From assembly GCA_964106915.2 (NCBI GenBank), contig OZ066914.1: a stretch of 64,000 bases of DNA. One strand, written 5' to 3'. This stretch comes from Podarcis gaigeae. Its lineage: Eukaryota. Below the pieces are notes generated by a model, which saw nothing but the letters and a program-made list of their open reading frames with translations, was not told the DNA's origin and searched no databases. The position numbers were made by a program, and so were the translations under genes. Shown in pieces: positions 13,874 through 27,464 of the stretch. Each line of letters starts with the position of its first letter. Position 1 is the stretch's first letter.

Positions 13874-15742
13874 TATAAGTATCAGTATTAGAAGAGGTGG
13901 GCTCATATTTCACAAAAATGGGAAAGAGAAACACAAAATCATGGTTTGTAGCCAATGCAGTGTCCATTGGTGCAAAAGGTCTTCTGTTTCCTTCCCCTCC
14001 CAGATTTGTAGGGTCCCTAAATCCCGTGGAGCTAATTTTGTAGACACCTAGGGGGTTGGAGGGAAGAAGAGTCTGAGAAGTTCTGTTGCACATGGAAGTC
14101 CCATGGATACAGCCCTATATGTGGGACATCCAAAGTTTGGCTTGTGATACATGACTCCAGTAATTAAGCGGATTCATGTATGGCCCTCACAATCCAAATG
14201 CTATATCAGTTGAACAAAAGATGTAGATATTCACCCGGTTGGGCCAGGTGTATATTCTTCTCAATTCACCCAAAACAGGGGAAAGGAGTACAGCAGTGGC
14301 TTTAGGGCTGTGCAACTAGTGTGGCTGCTTCAGCCTCCCCACCTGTCACTGGCCTCCTTGCACTGTCTTGGGTTTTTAAAAGAGAATTGGGCATTCTTTC
14401 TTCAGATGTTCAAAGAGAGTAACAGCATTCCCATAAATACATGTATCCTCCTTCCCCCACAGCCTCTCACATTGTTAATGGCTCTCTGGATCCAACCCCA
14501 TATTTAGCAAAAGTACTCCGCAAGGTTCAGAGCAGAACAAATGTTAATTATTTTAAACCAAAGAATTTGAAGAGCACTTTACTTGATGAAGACTGAAGCT
14601 GCAGGTGGGAGGAAGAGCGGGGGGATTGACAATAACAGTATTTCCCCCCCAAGATACATTGTTTGGGGGTGGGAAACCTCATCTGCTTCTCGGTTAAGGA
14701 AGACTTTTTGATTTAAGTCCTCCACACCTCTGAGCATATAGTCACAAATCCTGAACTACTGCCACACTTGCCATCACCTCTAAATTATAGGCCTATTCCA
14801 GTTAGATTACTTTCATCAAGATTATTGCACTCACTGAACCGCCCCCTCCCCGCTTTAAATAGAACACGTTGTGTCTTTGTTCATCTGGTTTTAATATGGT
14901 TTTAACCAATTGCAAAGTTATTTATAAAGTTTGCAGCTCCCCAGTAGTTAGACTTACGAAGCATTCAGTTTTAAGCATATCCAGTTGTGTGGTAACCCAA
15001 CCACTGCTTTCATGTGGTTCCTATAGTTTTATTTATGCACAAAAGCATGATCCATAGCGGTAGCCAAACACTTTGGGATTAACCCTTTGTTTCAAATAAG
15101 AGAAGTGTATAATTTTCTATAGTTCAGCCAAAACTTCACGCAGACTAATTCTCACAAAAGGGTAACACATTAATTCTGCTGAAATTAATCTAGTTCTACT
15201 GGTCTTGAGAGTGAAAGGTTTGAGCCAACTGAAATAGCCCCTTAGCAAGTGAAAGGAAAGAGAAAAGGGGAGTTTTTGACATGCTGCATTGTAAGCTAAA
15301 CAGTGGCTGCCAATCTGAAGCCTAAACTATAAGTAAGCACTTTCAAAGATTTTATATTGGTAAATAAATTTAGAAGCAGCAAAGGTTTGATGAAACATTA
15401 TTTCATAGTATAAGCTGTTCACCTTATGGATACAATGGCCTCCCATCCTTCCTGAGCTGTTCCTTTCCTTTCATTATCAGCACATATTATAGGACTGTTT
15501 CATTTGGTTGCATCTGGGCCACTGCCAATGTCAGGATACTAGGATTTAATAGGCTGATGATGAATTATGTGGGACAAACCTTATATTGGACAAACTTTAT
15601 ATTATTACCATGCATTAGGATCTGGAAATGTATTACTTTAGAGGAGACCTTTCCATTTAATACCATCCTGACAAGGCATGGGTAATTACTGACTTCTGCA
15701 GCTGTTATTTTAATAGTAATTTCTAACACCCATACCCTAGAT

Positions 15743-15877
15743 TAGTGATGGCCAAACTTGGCCCTCCAGCTGTTTTGGGACTACAATTCCCATCATCCCT
15801 GACCACTGGTCCTGTTAGCTAGGGATGATGGGAGTTGTAGGCCAAAACATCTGGAGGGCCAAGTTTGGCCATCACTG
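15743..15877. mobile_element. Near-perfect hairpin hAT MITE (135 bp)
   Basis: TIR (t/c)agtgatggccaaacttggccctccag / ctggagggccaagtttggccatcactg. 8-bp TSD ccctagat at 15735-15742 and 15878-15885. Confidence 0.92.
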
Positions 15878-18800
15878 CCCTAGATACTCCAAAGTGTTTT
15901 CAGCAATTTCCCAGGCAGTTTCAAATATATGCAGTTTACAGGTACTAACACGGCTTCACTTTGGCAGTAAAACTACATAATAGACAGAATCCCATGCCCA
16001 GGGGCCAAATATGGCTAACTGTTCTTAGGTCTCACCCCTTCACTAGGCCACACCAGCCATGCTATCCAACCGCCAAGTGCTTTTATCTAGCTAGAATGTG
16101 TTTTTGAATTCTGTTAATGCCTCTTGCTTTCAGATGTGTGTATCCCAGTCTTCTTTCTTAGTGTCCTACTCCCCTCAAAACTCACCCTTTTATGAAGGAG
16201 AAACTGGCAGCGTGAAGACACACTGGAGACAGAAAAGGCTTTGAAGGCTTCATCCTTAAGGTCTGGATGCTCCTGCACATGTTATTGAGCATTATTTCCT
16301 GCCAGTGTGCATGGGATTTAAATCTCCTGTGGCTCCCAATTCAATAAATTAGGTTGAGAGGCAGGTGGAATTGCATCAGCTATATACTACAGCAGGAAAG
16401 GATGCACCCATCAGGCCTTAATCAAAAAGGCCCTTCCTATCTCAAGTGAGCTCTCCCTACAGCCATTTCCTAACTTTTCAAGAATAGCTTTACTTGAGAA
16501 GGATGGTGAAGTGGCAAGAAGAGCTGGTTCAAAGAGTTGAGAACCTACTCCAAGTTAGGCCTGAGGTATGAAATAGGTGTGAACCTAGTTTGCAATGAAA
16601 CCCAGTTTTAAAACGGGGTTCATATTTTAAGCCTCTGAGTTCTGAAATTCACACCCATAAATTAAGTTTCAGTTAAATCAAACAGGCTTACTTCTGATTA
16701 AAAAATGGTTAGGACTACTCTCTCTCTCTCACTCTCATCAGGAATGCTTAACTGATTGCCCCATTCCATTGTTAATAATAGTTACACCAGCAGTTAAGCT
16801 GACTAGCAATACATATGCTCCAAATAATCTGTGCAATCTGAAACCTGAGATGGAAGTAGGAGCTGATGCATGCTTATAACTAAAAATATTGATTTGCAGA
16901 TTCATATATTCTACCTTCACTAGGAGTGATATTGTAAAGTGTTTGCAAAAGCAATCTCTCTGTGTTTCAGAACTTAACCAGATGTTACAGACAGAGCTCC
17001 TGTTGCTCCTGGTCTCCTTCCTTTCTCGTAATGTCTCTATGAATACAATGAGCGATATTAAGTCACTGCACTGTGTGTTGTCCTGTGCCTCACTTCACAC
17101 CATTTGCTGTCAGCTGCAGGGATGAAACAACAAACAACGGGGCTGCATCACATCATACTTGCCAGCCCCCTCTTCACAAAAGTTGCCTGAAACCAATTCT
17201 GAGTAGTTCCCACCTCCCCTGTCAGTCATAACCCACCCCATTCAGAAAGGCTCCTGAACGATCATGAAAGGCATATTGGTGGGGTGCAGGAGGGGGGAAG
17301 CGAGTGAGAAAATTATTCTCCACGGCCCCCTTATGTGTATACTTCAAAGAATCCAAGCAACAGGGAGGAATTCACTGTCGCACCCTTCCAATTATTTCAT
17401 CAGTGCAAGCATTTCTGTTTGCCAATTCCACTCTCTTCCCCACCTCACTGTCCTGGGGATTCTGCTGACCCTCCAGAGAGGATTTGGGTGTAAAGTTCCA
17501 TTTTAAGGCTGGGAAATTCGATGATTTGGTTGGAAAACTTCAAGAGGTAGGACCTGAACTCATATGAGGAACCTCAGCATTCCATAAGTGAGCAAGCTGA
17601 ATGTTCTCTGCTTAATGAGAAGAATAAATTCTTTTATTAAATAACTACCTACAGCAGTCCTCTGCTTCCAGCCCTGCCTCCTAGCTGGGCCTAGCAAAAA
17701 TTGCTTGCAGGACCGTTGGTTATCTATCTCTGATCCACACACAACAGGAAAGGAGAAAGAAAGAGAGACTGAGTGGCAGCACTTCTGTGCTTCTTATAAT
17801 ATCAAGTTAAGTTGTCAGTTACAGAACTATATTTACCACTTTTAATGTCACCCCAAGGTATACAATGTACACACGCTTTTTGTTGCTGCAATGGCAATCT
17901 GCATTTAGCCTAGGTGCAGAGAGGGAGTGGGAATTGCTTAGGTGTTTATTTGCCCAGTTCTGTACTATTTGCTGTCTGTTTGAAGCATATGTTTTTAGCA
18001 ACACTTTGTTTATATGCAGGAATCTTTGGAAATGCTCAGAAGGAAGACTAAGACGCCTCTAAAGACACAGGGTGGATGACAATGGAATAATGATGCTAAC
18101 ATCACTATGCCATGTTCTTCCCTTGTATTTACAATAACTGCTGTGTTTTCCTGTGATTAATTCTGCCTCAAGGAAGAAAACAAGTGCTGCTTGCTGCTAG
18201 TGTCAGAAAAGCAGCATTATTGTATGCAAAGTTACATCAAGCCTGGAATAAAGGAATGTGCATGACAAAAAATTCACACATACTTCAACCAGCTCTTTTC
18301 CTTACAAGAAAAAATCACACTGGAGATTAGCAATATTTATACCACTTCAAGTATGCCTGGTGTGGAGTCTGAGTAAGATTTGGAGGGTGGGGGAGCCCAT
18401 CTGGCTGTGGCTTCCTATTTCTCAGGGCTGAGATAGGGCCCTGTCCCACAAGAGGCTCATTGGCAACCACCAAACCCCCTGTCCTTTGCTGCTGCTTCTC
18501 CAAAGGAAAGAGGGAGGGAAGGCACCACAGCTGATTCCACCTTCCCTCTTCCTCTAGGTGTCAGCAGGGACTGGATGGACCTAAGTCTCCATACAGTGGG
18601 AGAGACTGAGGCAAGGAAAGCAGTAGTGATGGTGGACAGGAATGGAGTGTGCTAAAAGGGATGGTGGACTGAGGATGGGGTTCCACCAAAGACATCATGA
18701 CCAAGGGTCTGCTAATAACGCTGAAGGACGAGCAATCTTTTGTACATCAGAAACATGGGTGTGTGACTTCAACCTGTCTCCTTTCCTGTGTGCCTGGTCT

Positions 18801-21800
18801 AGCTGTTATTGCCGTTGCGATGCTCCTAATCATGTGTTTCAGAGGGCGGGAGGTTGTGTGTCAGCGGGTGGGGAGACTGGATGCGGTGGCCAGAGAATGA
18901 AGTGCCTGGGAGGGTGAATGAGAGTGTGCATGTAACTAGATGACTTCAGAAAGTGCTCCAGCTGTCACCAGACAACTTCAGAAACAAAACAATCAACCTT
19001 GACCACTTCCCTATTTTTAATGCATGGCCAGCCAACTAGATTTGGTCCCTGTATAGGCCTACCATGCAGCAAAGAAACATGCTGAGATTCTGCTAGGGGA
19101 AAGTAGCTAGTGGGGTGGTGGAAGCTGCATGGAGAAAGTGGTGGGCAGGAAAGGGTTAAACACCCTTCTCATACCTTCTGGTTCTTCACTGCAAATTCTG
19201 CCTTCCCCTTGCCACCTTGTTCAACACCCACCCAGGTTCCCAGACCAGAGTCCACCACTAAGCAGGGCATTAGGCCTAAAGACTGCTCTTATTTCTTCAG
19301 GATTATGTATTTATATAAAGGATAACTTTCATGAAAGCATCTGAAATTAGGCTATTTCTAGCAGTGCTATCACCACAATATTTTTAAATGGAACCACAAA
19401 TGTAAACCTGTTTGCTGAAAGTCTCCATGACTACAATATCTCTTTTAAAAGACACTGCTAAAGTCACAGGGCTCACCTTTCCATAAGATGCTCCATTCTG
19501 CATTTCTACATGATCAAATTCTAATTGCATCAGATACATTCGGCACAGCACTTCAGCGTGTGTGAGTGGTATTGTAATCATTTAGCTATTCAAAAGAAAA
19601 TTTAATTCGTGATCAGGCCGCCAAAAACAGCAGTGTGGCCCATTGTTCTATATGGGGGGAGCGAAACTGATTTAGAAATATTATATATATATTCCAAGCA
19701 AACATGGTAATTAAATGCATATGAAGAAGCCAAACCTTTTCTCTCAAAACTGTGTTTGCATACAAAAAAGAGCAAGAAACTCCCATGCCATGATATAAAA
19801 GCAAACTTAAGACAAAGCCTCACACACTGCAGCTGAACAATGCGCTTTGGTTCTCATGGCTCAATATTATTAATCCTATGCCTAATTTAAATACTGTGAT
19901 ACAGCCACATATATTTGAATTAACCATGTGACTCAAACAGACTGCAAGTGTCCAGCATGCTTTTCATTTCTAATAAAAGGGGGCAGTATTACACCAGTGA
20001 TGTTTCAAACTGCCCAAATATTTGTTAAGAGAGCTGATGAAGAATCAAAAGGATTTGAGTGTTTTACAGAATTGTAATTGTTATTTCTTGGATATGCATG
20101 CAGAAAAGTAAACTACTGGGTTTATTGTTGGAACAAATATTTTGCTTAAAGCATTGCCCCTGAAATATAGCTTGAAATTCTGGTGTTTAAAACTGAAGCT
20201 AGAAATTGAAAAGCATCAAGAGCAAAAATATGAAGACATGCCATTTAGAAAAGGCTATTAAAACTAAGAAAAAAGCAAAGAATGCATTGTCATGTTCTCT
20301 ACATGGGGCTGCCTTTAAGGGAGCCCAGAAGCTTCCATTCATCCAAATGTTTGCAAGTCTAACTATATATCTCCAATCTCATAGTAGCTCCATTAGCTTC
20401 CGATTTGCTTCTGGGATCTCAAAGTGCTTATTCTAGCCTTTAAGGCTCTATACAGAGTGGCATTTTGTGGCAGTTTCCCCACACAATCAAAATCACATCA
20501 CCTAATTGTCAACTTTTACGTTTTTAAAAATATACCTTTACTTTTGTATAAATCTTCATAAAACTATAAGATGCTTTTTAAAATTAATATAATTAATGCA
20601 AAGAAAAATGGATTTAAATGTGTCAATTCAAAGGAAATTTACAGCTAGACTTCAAAATTATGTGGCTGAGCTTGGGAGAATATTCCTTTGCACAACAGTT
20701 TCAAGTTTATTTGAACTAAAAAAAAATCCTGCAAATGGTCAGTTGAACTTCGCCACCAACTGAATTCTGCTTGTCAAGCAAACAGATGGTGGTTTGTTTT
20801 TTTGTTGTTTTTTTAAAAGATTTATCATTAGCTGGTATTTGAAGAAGCAAACCTAATGATTTAGATGTGAAACTTCAGAAACTCCTTTTGAAAAGAAGTA
20901 CTGAAAATTGGTCTAGGCAAAAGACAACTATTTCAAAGAGGTATTACTTGATTTTTGATGCACTGGTATACAGCACATTTTACATAGAAGTTTGTAGCCA
21001 GATTATCACTATTCATGTAGTATGTGGATCAATCTGCCCATGATTTAGCAGCTTGTCCTGAGAAATTCTGTTAATATAAGCACTGTTTTTCGTAATACTA
21101 TAGGTGTCTATATAATTCTAGAGGCCAGTGGAATTAGCTGACAGTTTTCAGTGCTTTTCACAAACGTAGGTTTATAAACAAGCCCTAAAAGCTCCCCATT
21201 CTGATTTGGGGTCAGTTTGGAATCTGAAGTCTGGACTTCCAGAGATCCTGTTGACCTTCGTCACACATCAAACCTTCAGTTCTTTCATGTTACAAAGAAT
21301 TCTTTCACAGCGATAATCTGTATTAAATGAGTTTTAAAATGCTATCATTTAAACTAAAGCTTGTGCAAATAAATATTTATTAGGTTATGAATTTGTTTTG
21401 CAAACCACTGTTAATCCTCTAGGGGCAAGGGGCTAAGCAAATCCCTTTTACAGACACAGACCCTTTTCCCCTTGTTGTTCTGAGAAATGTAATAAGGCAA
21501 CATATAAAATGCAAATGAAAAGGCATCTTGTCTTTGAGAGTTCTATTTGCAGGGTTATTTTCCCTTTGTGCATGCAACTATAGGCAATGAACCTCAGAAC
21601 CCTACTCTCCTCTCGAGGAAACAGTTTGAAGGCAGCTGCCAGTGTCACAAACTCTTGGCTGCTGACGAATATTGTTTGGATATTGTTTGGATTAAGAGGA
21701 AAAATCAATATAACTAAAATTTAAAAATCTATAAGCTTTTGTTGTGATGAGACTGGAACAGATCACTGCAAGAAAGCAATGGCTTCAAACTATGGGCATG

Positions 21801-22200
21801 CTGATCTGAGGTTATTTCTTATAAGGCTGAAGTCATCAAGGTGCTCTGCAGACAGGGGTTTTTTCCATCTTTGTTTTCATACCAAATGACTGCAGTACAT
21901 ACCTATCTCACTTTAACTTCTCAAAAACCCTTTGAGAGAGGATAAAGTAGAGTAAATTGTCCCGTAATCATCACACTTGTACCAAGCCACAAACCAAACA
22001 ACCTATCAACAGCACCATTATTAGTTACTATTCCTATGTAACTTTCCCAGAACACGTTTTTAAAAATCAGTACTGGAAACAGATTACTCATTAAAAGGCC
22101 ATGACCATTCTGACTCTAAAATTCACAGAAAGACAGACATCAGAATGAAGGTTGTGCTTATGGTTGCCTCCCCTTTTGTCCTAATTCAGCATGAAAAAAT

Positions 22201-22367
22201 GGGCACAGCTCAATGGTAAAGCGCCTCCTTTGCATGCAGAAGGTCCTTGCTTCAATCTACAGCATTTGCAGGTAGGCCTGGGAATGTGCCCTGTCTGATA
22301 TCCTGAAGAGCTCTTACCAGTCACTGCACACAATGCTGAGCTAATGGATTTCATGCAAGGCAGCTTT
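22201..22367 (+). mobile_element. tRNA(Ala-like)-derived squamate SINE, degenerate
   Basis: gggcacagctcaatggtaaagcg...tttgcatgcagaaggtcc...ttcaatc head (A/B box remnants), body ...ctgagcta...aaggcagctt. A related copy is at 30404-30545 (-) and a head fragment at about 63055-63110. Confidence 0.7.
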
Positions 22368-22541
22368 GGATAGCAGTTTGAAAAATATAGCCCAGTTCAT
22401 ATGCAATGATTCTGGCTGAGGATTGCTAAATTGGGAACAAGCATCGTGTCCATGTGCTCACCCTCCTCTGCTTCTGTCATGGTTACTTAAGACCAGATAT
22501 TTCCCTTTTAGGTAGGCTAATGCATTTGGAGCTCTTTAATA

Positions 22542-22877
22542 CAGTGGTGCCTCGCAAGACGAAATTAATCCGTTCCGTGAGGCTCTTCGTATAGCGGTTT
22601 TTTCGTCTTGCGAAGCAAGCCCATTGACAGCTTAGCGGATTAGCGCTATTAGCGGTTCAGTGGCTTATCACCTTAGCGGATCAGCTGATAAGCGGCTTAG
22701 CTGCTTAGAAAAAGGGAGAAAAAAGGCGGGGAAACCCGCAGGAACTCGCAAGACATTTTCGTCTTGCGAAGCAAGCCCATAGGGAAATTCATTTTGCGAA
22801 GCGCCTCCAAAACGGAAAACCCTTTCGTCTAGCGGGTTTTCCGTCTTGCGAGGCGTTCGTCTTGCGGGGCACCACTG
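22542..22877. mobile_element. Tigger/pogo-like MITE (336 bp)
   Basis: TIR cagtggtgcctcgcaagacgaa / ttcgtcttgcggggcaccactg, TA TSD on both sides, internal TIR-like repeats (gtcttgcga). Confidence 0.92.
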
Positions 22878-23337
22878 TATAGAAAAATAAGAAGTAAGTG
22901 GTGACGTAACAGAGACTTATAAAATTTTTGCATGACATGGAGAAAGTGCACAGAATTTCCATAGGCATTAGTTGGCCACTGTGGAAAGAAGGATGCTGGG
23001 CTAGATTAACTTTATGCTGCTCCATCAAGGCTCTTATGTCCACTCATTTCATCAGACATGACTCCCCCAGCCCGAATGCTAGTATATATGCCCTATAATG
23101 ATGATGATGATGATAATTTTATGTTTGGGAGTCTAAATTTCCTTCTTCCTGTAAGAGGAGGAAGTTTTGTCTTTTTTAAAATAGAACTATATGACATAGT
23201 GAATAACTATTTTGTCAGTATCAAAGATGATTCAAACTAGAAATGCAGAAGCTGCAACATGAGGTTCAGAGACCACTGGCTGGATAGAATTGCAAATAAA
23301 AATGAGCAGAAGAAATGACAGGAGAGGAATACAGTAC

Positions 23338-23522
23338 CTTTTCAGTCCTACAGTTGTTTAGACCCATGTTATTCATGGCAGGAAGTTTTCCATCAAGGCC
23401 ATGATGATGTTGCTGCTGCTCCCGCTGGATCTGTTCTCTCATCTTTCGAGCCTCCTGAATGGCTTTCATGACTGTATCCTGGTCCCCAAACAGGGCAGGT
23501 GAGTTAAGACTGGAAAGGATGT
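23338..23522 (-). CDS. SOX6: SOX6 internal coding exon D (185 bp): (D)[61 protein letters not shown], second coiled coil
   Basis: SoxD coiled-coil peptide within ORF 23266..23535. Acceptor tttccAG, donor GTactg. Phase 1 in, phase 0 out, joining exon C as G|AC = Asp. Confidence 0.97.
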
Positions 23523-24809
23523 CTGGAAACAACAAAGATAATCTTTATTTAAGGATATTTTTGAAAGCAGTCCATTAAAAAATCGTCCTCTTTGTTTGCA
23601 TGAAAGACTGAACACACCCAACTAATTGTTGCAGACCACCTACTTATTCCAGGTGATGCAAACTTAAAAATATTCTACTGTTTTCATCTGTCAATGGAAT
23701 ACCATGAAGAGTGTGAAGAGCACCTACTGAAGCTCCATGTGAGCTTCCCAGATCTGCTCTGGAGGGTGTGGGGATCCTCCAGGGCAAATTTTAAAGAGGT
23801 GGAGAACTGCAGGTGATGAACACTTCCACAAAGTTGGGTATCACCCTGTCTACTGTTCATTAAATACATGCACCAATAATTAAGACATGGGCATAAATCC
23901 AGATTTGTTTTCTGCCCAGATGAATGTCTACTTAGCTACAACTAGTCCTCTCAGAGCTGTCAGTATAGCACAGCCAATACTAAATGGCTTACTGAAATGG
24001 CTTATTTTTTGTTTTTATATCTATTTTATGAATATATACTTACATCATGACATTATGTTTGCATAATGCTACAACTGTCTATATTTATTTTTAATAGCTC
24101 TCCATGAATTCATGTGGGTAGGACAAATAACAGAGTGGCCCCTCTTTTATTTTCTCCTCACAACCAGCTAGCCTAAAGATCACTTTGCCTGTGGCCACTA
24201 CACTCACCGCTTCAGATTTTATCATGTTGTTAAATAAAAGATTTGAGAGTCTTTTATTGAAGGAAGCAGGGAGGGGACAATTTTACCCAACAAGATAACA
24301 GTGACTTGCCATCACACAAAGCACTTAACAAAAGGACTCTGCCCAATGAAGCAGCATTTGGGTTAGGGCATGAGAAAAGCAACCAAAATACCAGGTGTCC
24401 AGGTAAATACTATGTGAATTTTAATTAGTCTTCTGTTGTGATTGTATAATTCTGGATTCAAGGCACTCTAGTCGTGGAATGGCATGTTACAGCATGTGTG
24501 TGAGTGCATGTGAGATAGCACTTAAATAAAAGTCCAGAGCTGTAAATACACTGAGACAATACATTTTGATTCAGTTCTGATTGAGAAACAAGTCAGGGTA
24601 GGAATTAAATAAACTCTCATTGCTGTTGCAGATGAATTTGAGTGTAGAAAAGAATAGACTTCTGGAAGGGTTTTCTATGTTTATACCAAAGGACAAAAAT
24701 CATTCAGTGTTTGGAAACTTGAAGTCACTGTGCTCTTGCCCAGCTTAGGCTCACGGAGGAGAGTAGGGGCAACCAACGCCTGTTTCTGTAGACTGCCCAT
24801 TTGGCAAGG

Positions 24810-25150
24810 ACAAAGTCTGAATTACTGCAATGTGCTCTATGGAGAGCTGCTTGTGAAGTGTGCTTGGAAAAACTGGCACAGAATGACTTGGCTAGGCTAT
24901 TTGCAGGGATCATATTCAGGGACTTCCTTTCTAAAATACAAACATTGGTTTCCAATTTGTTTCCAAGTCCATTTCTAAATGCTGGTCATGGCCTTTAAAG
25001 CACATTAAGTTTCAGGACTAGGATATTTGTAGGACTACCTTCTCTCACATGAACCTACCTGCCTACTGCCCCCCACCCCCAATATGCCTATTTGGGACCA
25101 GGAGTGGGACTTTTCAGTGGCTGTGCAGACTCTGGAACTCCCTCCTGAAA
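24810..25150 (+). mobile_element. L2-clade LINE ORF2 C-terminal fragment, degenerate
   Basis: Encodes LNYCNVLY ... QN.LARL ... HWFPI, motifs typical of the L2 ORF2 C-terminus, with frameshifts. Confidence 0.7.
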
Positions 25151-25454
25151 GGGGTCTCATCACAACCCTCTCTTACATAGATGACTGCTCATGTTCCAAA
25201 TGATCCTGCAATGTTGGAGAACCCCATACAAAATGATACAAGTATTTTCAGGTTCATAAACTTGTTTCCATATTTATCCAGTCTTTAATAGTTCCAGGTC
25301 ATTACCCAGAAAAGTATCCTGTTTCTTTAAAAACTCTTATCTGCTTCTTAACCTGATTCCTATTGTGCACTCACATCTACTAGCAGAACTTTCCCTGGTT
25401 AGCAACAAAGGAGCAATAGTTTCTGACTCCCAACAACAGCAGATGAAACTGAAA

Positions 25455-25458
<4 letters not shown>

Positions 25459-25502
<44 letters not shown>
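25459..25502. repeat. (TA)n microsatellite
   Basis: Direct reading. Confidence 0.95.
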
Positions 25503-25505
<3 letters not shown>

Positions 25506-26205
25506 CTCTGCTGTGGTTGGCTTTGTACTAATCACTTATCAGTCTCAGTGTTCCTGTTCTGTGAAATATGAATATTAAATGCCTTCCTTTGGGCATGTCC
25601 GCTAGACAGTTTTAGAGTTGTGTTTCAAATCTCCAACATGAATGTAGATTTGTACTTAGATATATCATGTCAGTCCTGTGTCTGGCTTAGGGGACATAGT
25701 AAGCCATTTGCTCTACCATCTAAGACTAGCGCCTGGCTCTCATTGATGGACCTAGACAAAAACACAATGTAAATCTCACAAGCCAGAAGTCTGCCCACCC
25801 CTGATTTATAGTTGGTTCCAGATTTTTTTTTGGGGGGGGGGATGTTCCAGCCCAGTCCACTGTCCAGAGGGAAACTGTGGCAGTTGCTACTCCTCTTCCT
25901 TCCTCCTGCTACTGCTTTCTCATCTGGAGAGGGTAGATGAACAGTCAGCAATAGCAAGAAGCAGGGGGAGGAGCTGGCTCCAGGGATCAACAGTTGGCTT
26001 CCTCTAAAGTGTGAGCCTTGTTAGAGTCCCAACAATGATGACTCCTGATGCCAGCCATGACCCAACAAAAGAGAGGGGGTAGGGAAGGAGAAAACGGCAA
26101 AAGAAGCATCATTTCTGAAACTTTGGAGCTCTTTAAAGAGATAGAAAGGCTCTGCAGGTTATGACTACCTCTGTTGGCTACTGCATACAGGAAAATTGAG
26201 AATAG

Positions 26206-26210
<5 letters not shown>

Positions 26211-26252
<42 letters not shown>
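26211..26252. repeat. (GT)n microsatellite
   Basis: Direct reading. Confidence 0.95.
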
Positions 26253-26255
<3 letters not shown>

Positions 26256-26811
26256 GATGATGATAAAAATAAGGTAATGATATAGAACAAAATGCAAACA
26301 GCTGTTCTTTGCATACTGTACAGAATGCTTATATCCTCTTCTTCCATGTCCCAATAGGATGGTATAAATTCTATAATACAAACTTGCTATATCATCATTT
26401 TGAAAAATAGTGCAAGCACCTAAAAATACCTACAGAAAGTAATTTTTCTGTCTTGCTGAAACCATAAATGTGTTTTCTTTTGCACTATAGAAACCCTACT
26501 TTTAGGTCACTTCTGTAGAGATACCAAAACCTAGTACTGGAGGAAACTGTCCCTAGATGAGGAAAAGTACTGTCCTTGTGTGAACTGTACCACCAATCAC
26601 ATTTCCACCACAACAGATTTTCAGAAACAAGCAGGAGCTGTTCATAAGGGTGTGCGCTTGCACATGAGGGATGTGCTAAATCAATAAAAAGCATGTTTTT
26701 TAAGTGAAGCTTTAGAAATCAATGGCCTCAAAGGACAGTAATTTGTTTCTTTCCCAAATCAGGAGTGGGAAGAAGCTAGAAACACTGGATTATGCTGCTG
26801 GAGTACAAATC

Positions 26812-26930
26812 TCAGGGTTGGGGAACATGTGGGCTTCCAGTTATTCCTTGATTACAACTCCCATTATCCCTGACCACTGTCAATGATAGTTGGGGGCTAA
26901 TGGCCACTGGCATCCAATAACACCTGGATC
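26812..26930. mobile_element. Degenerate hairpin hAT MITE copy
   Basis: cagggttggggaac...tacaactcccattatccctgaccactg shares the core of the 15743 element. Confidence 0.6.
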
Positions 26931-27054
26931 TAGCATCTGCTGACTTCATACTGCAAAGCATATTGGGCTAGATAGACATTGGTCCATTCCAGCATGGCAT
27001 TCTAAGTTCTAAAGCAAAGCTGCATACCCAGGCTCAGCTAACATAGATAATTTC

Positions 27055-27150
27055 AAGGAGGATAATCTTGTTCACCTGTGGCAGGAAAAGCAAAAAAAAA
27101 AAGTCTTGTGGGCACTTTAAACACTAACAAATTTATCACAGCATAAGTTA
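27055..27150 (-). mobile_element. Old Penelope-like element terminal remnant
   Basis: gtcttgtgggcactttaaacactaacaaatttat...gcataag resembles the reptile PLE end (…cttatgc…aataaatttgttagt..ttaaggtgccacaag) in reverse. A similar remnant is at about 55765-55835 (+). Confidence 0.5.
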
Positions 27151-27283
27151 TTATGGAGTTGCATTATCTCATAAATGCTAATATAGTGTGAGCATGCACT
27201 CAAGTAGTTAACTATGTAGACCATACAAAGCCTGCCAGCCCATTCCTATGCTAAATCCCCAGCATTTCTCCCCTTCTGAGTAC

Positions 27284-27464
27284 CTAGAGAAGATCCTCTT
27301 CCCAGAGTTCCACCAATAGGGCTGGGGATTCCACTTTTATTGGCTGCATTCACGGGGCTGGTTTTACTAGTAGGGAAGAGGTTCTGTGTTGGTGACGTCG
27401 GGGATTTGACAGGTTCCGCTGTCTTGGGTCTGGCTGAAAGATTCAGTGGCTGTGCGGCATCATC
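27284..27464 (-). CDS. SOX6: SOX6 internal coding exon C (181 bp): [60 protein letters not shown], containing the PLNLS CtBP-binding motif
   Basis: Translated by hand (not in the ORF track). Acceptor cttttAG (27465-27466), donor GTactc (27282-27283). Phase 0 in, phase 1 out. Confidence 0.96.
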
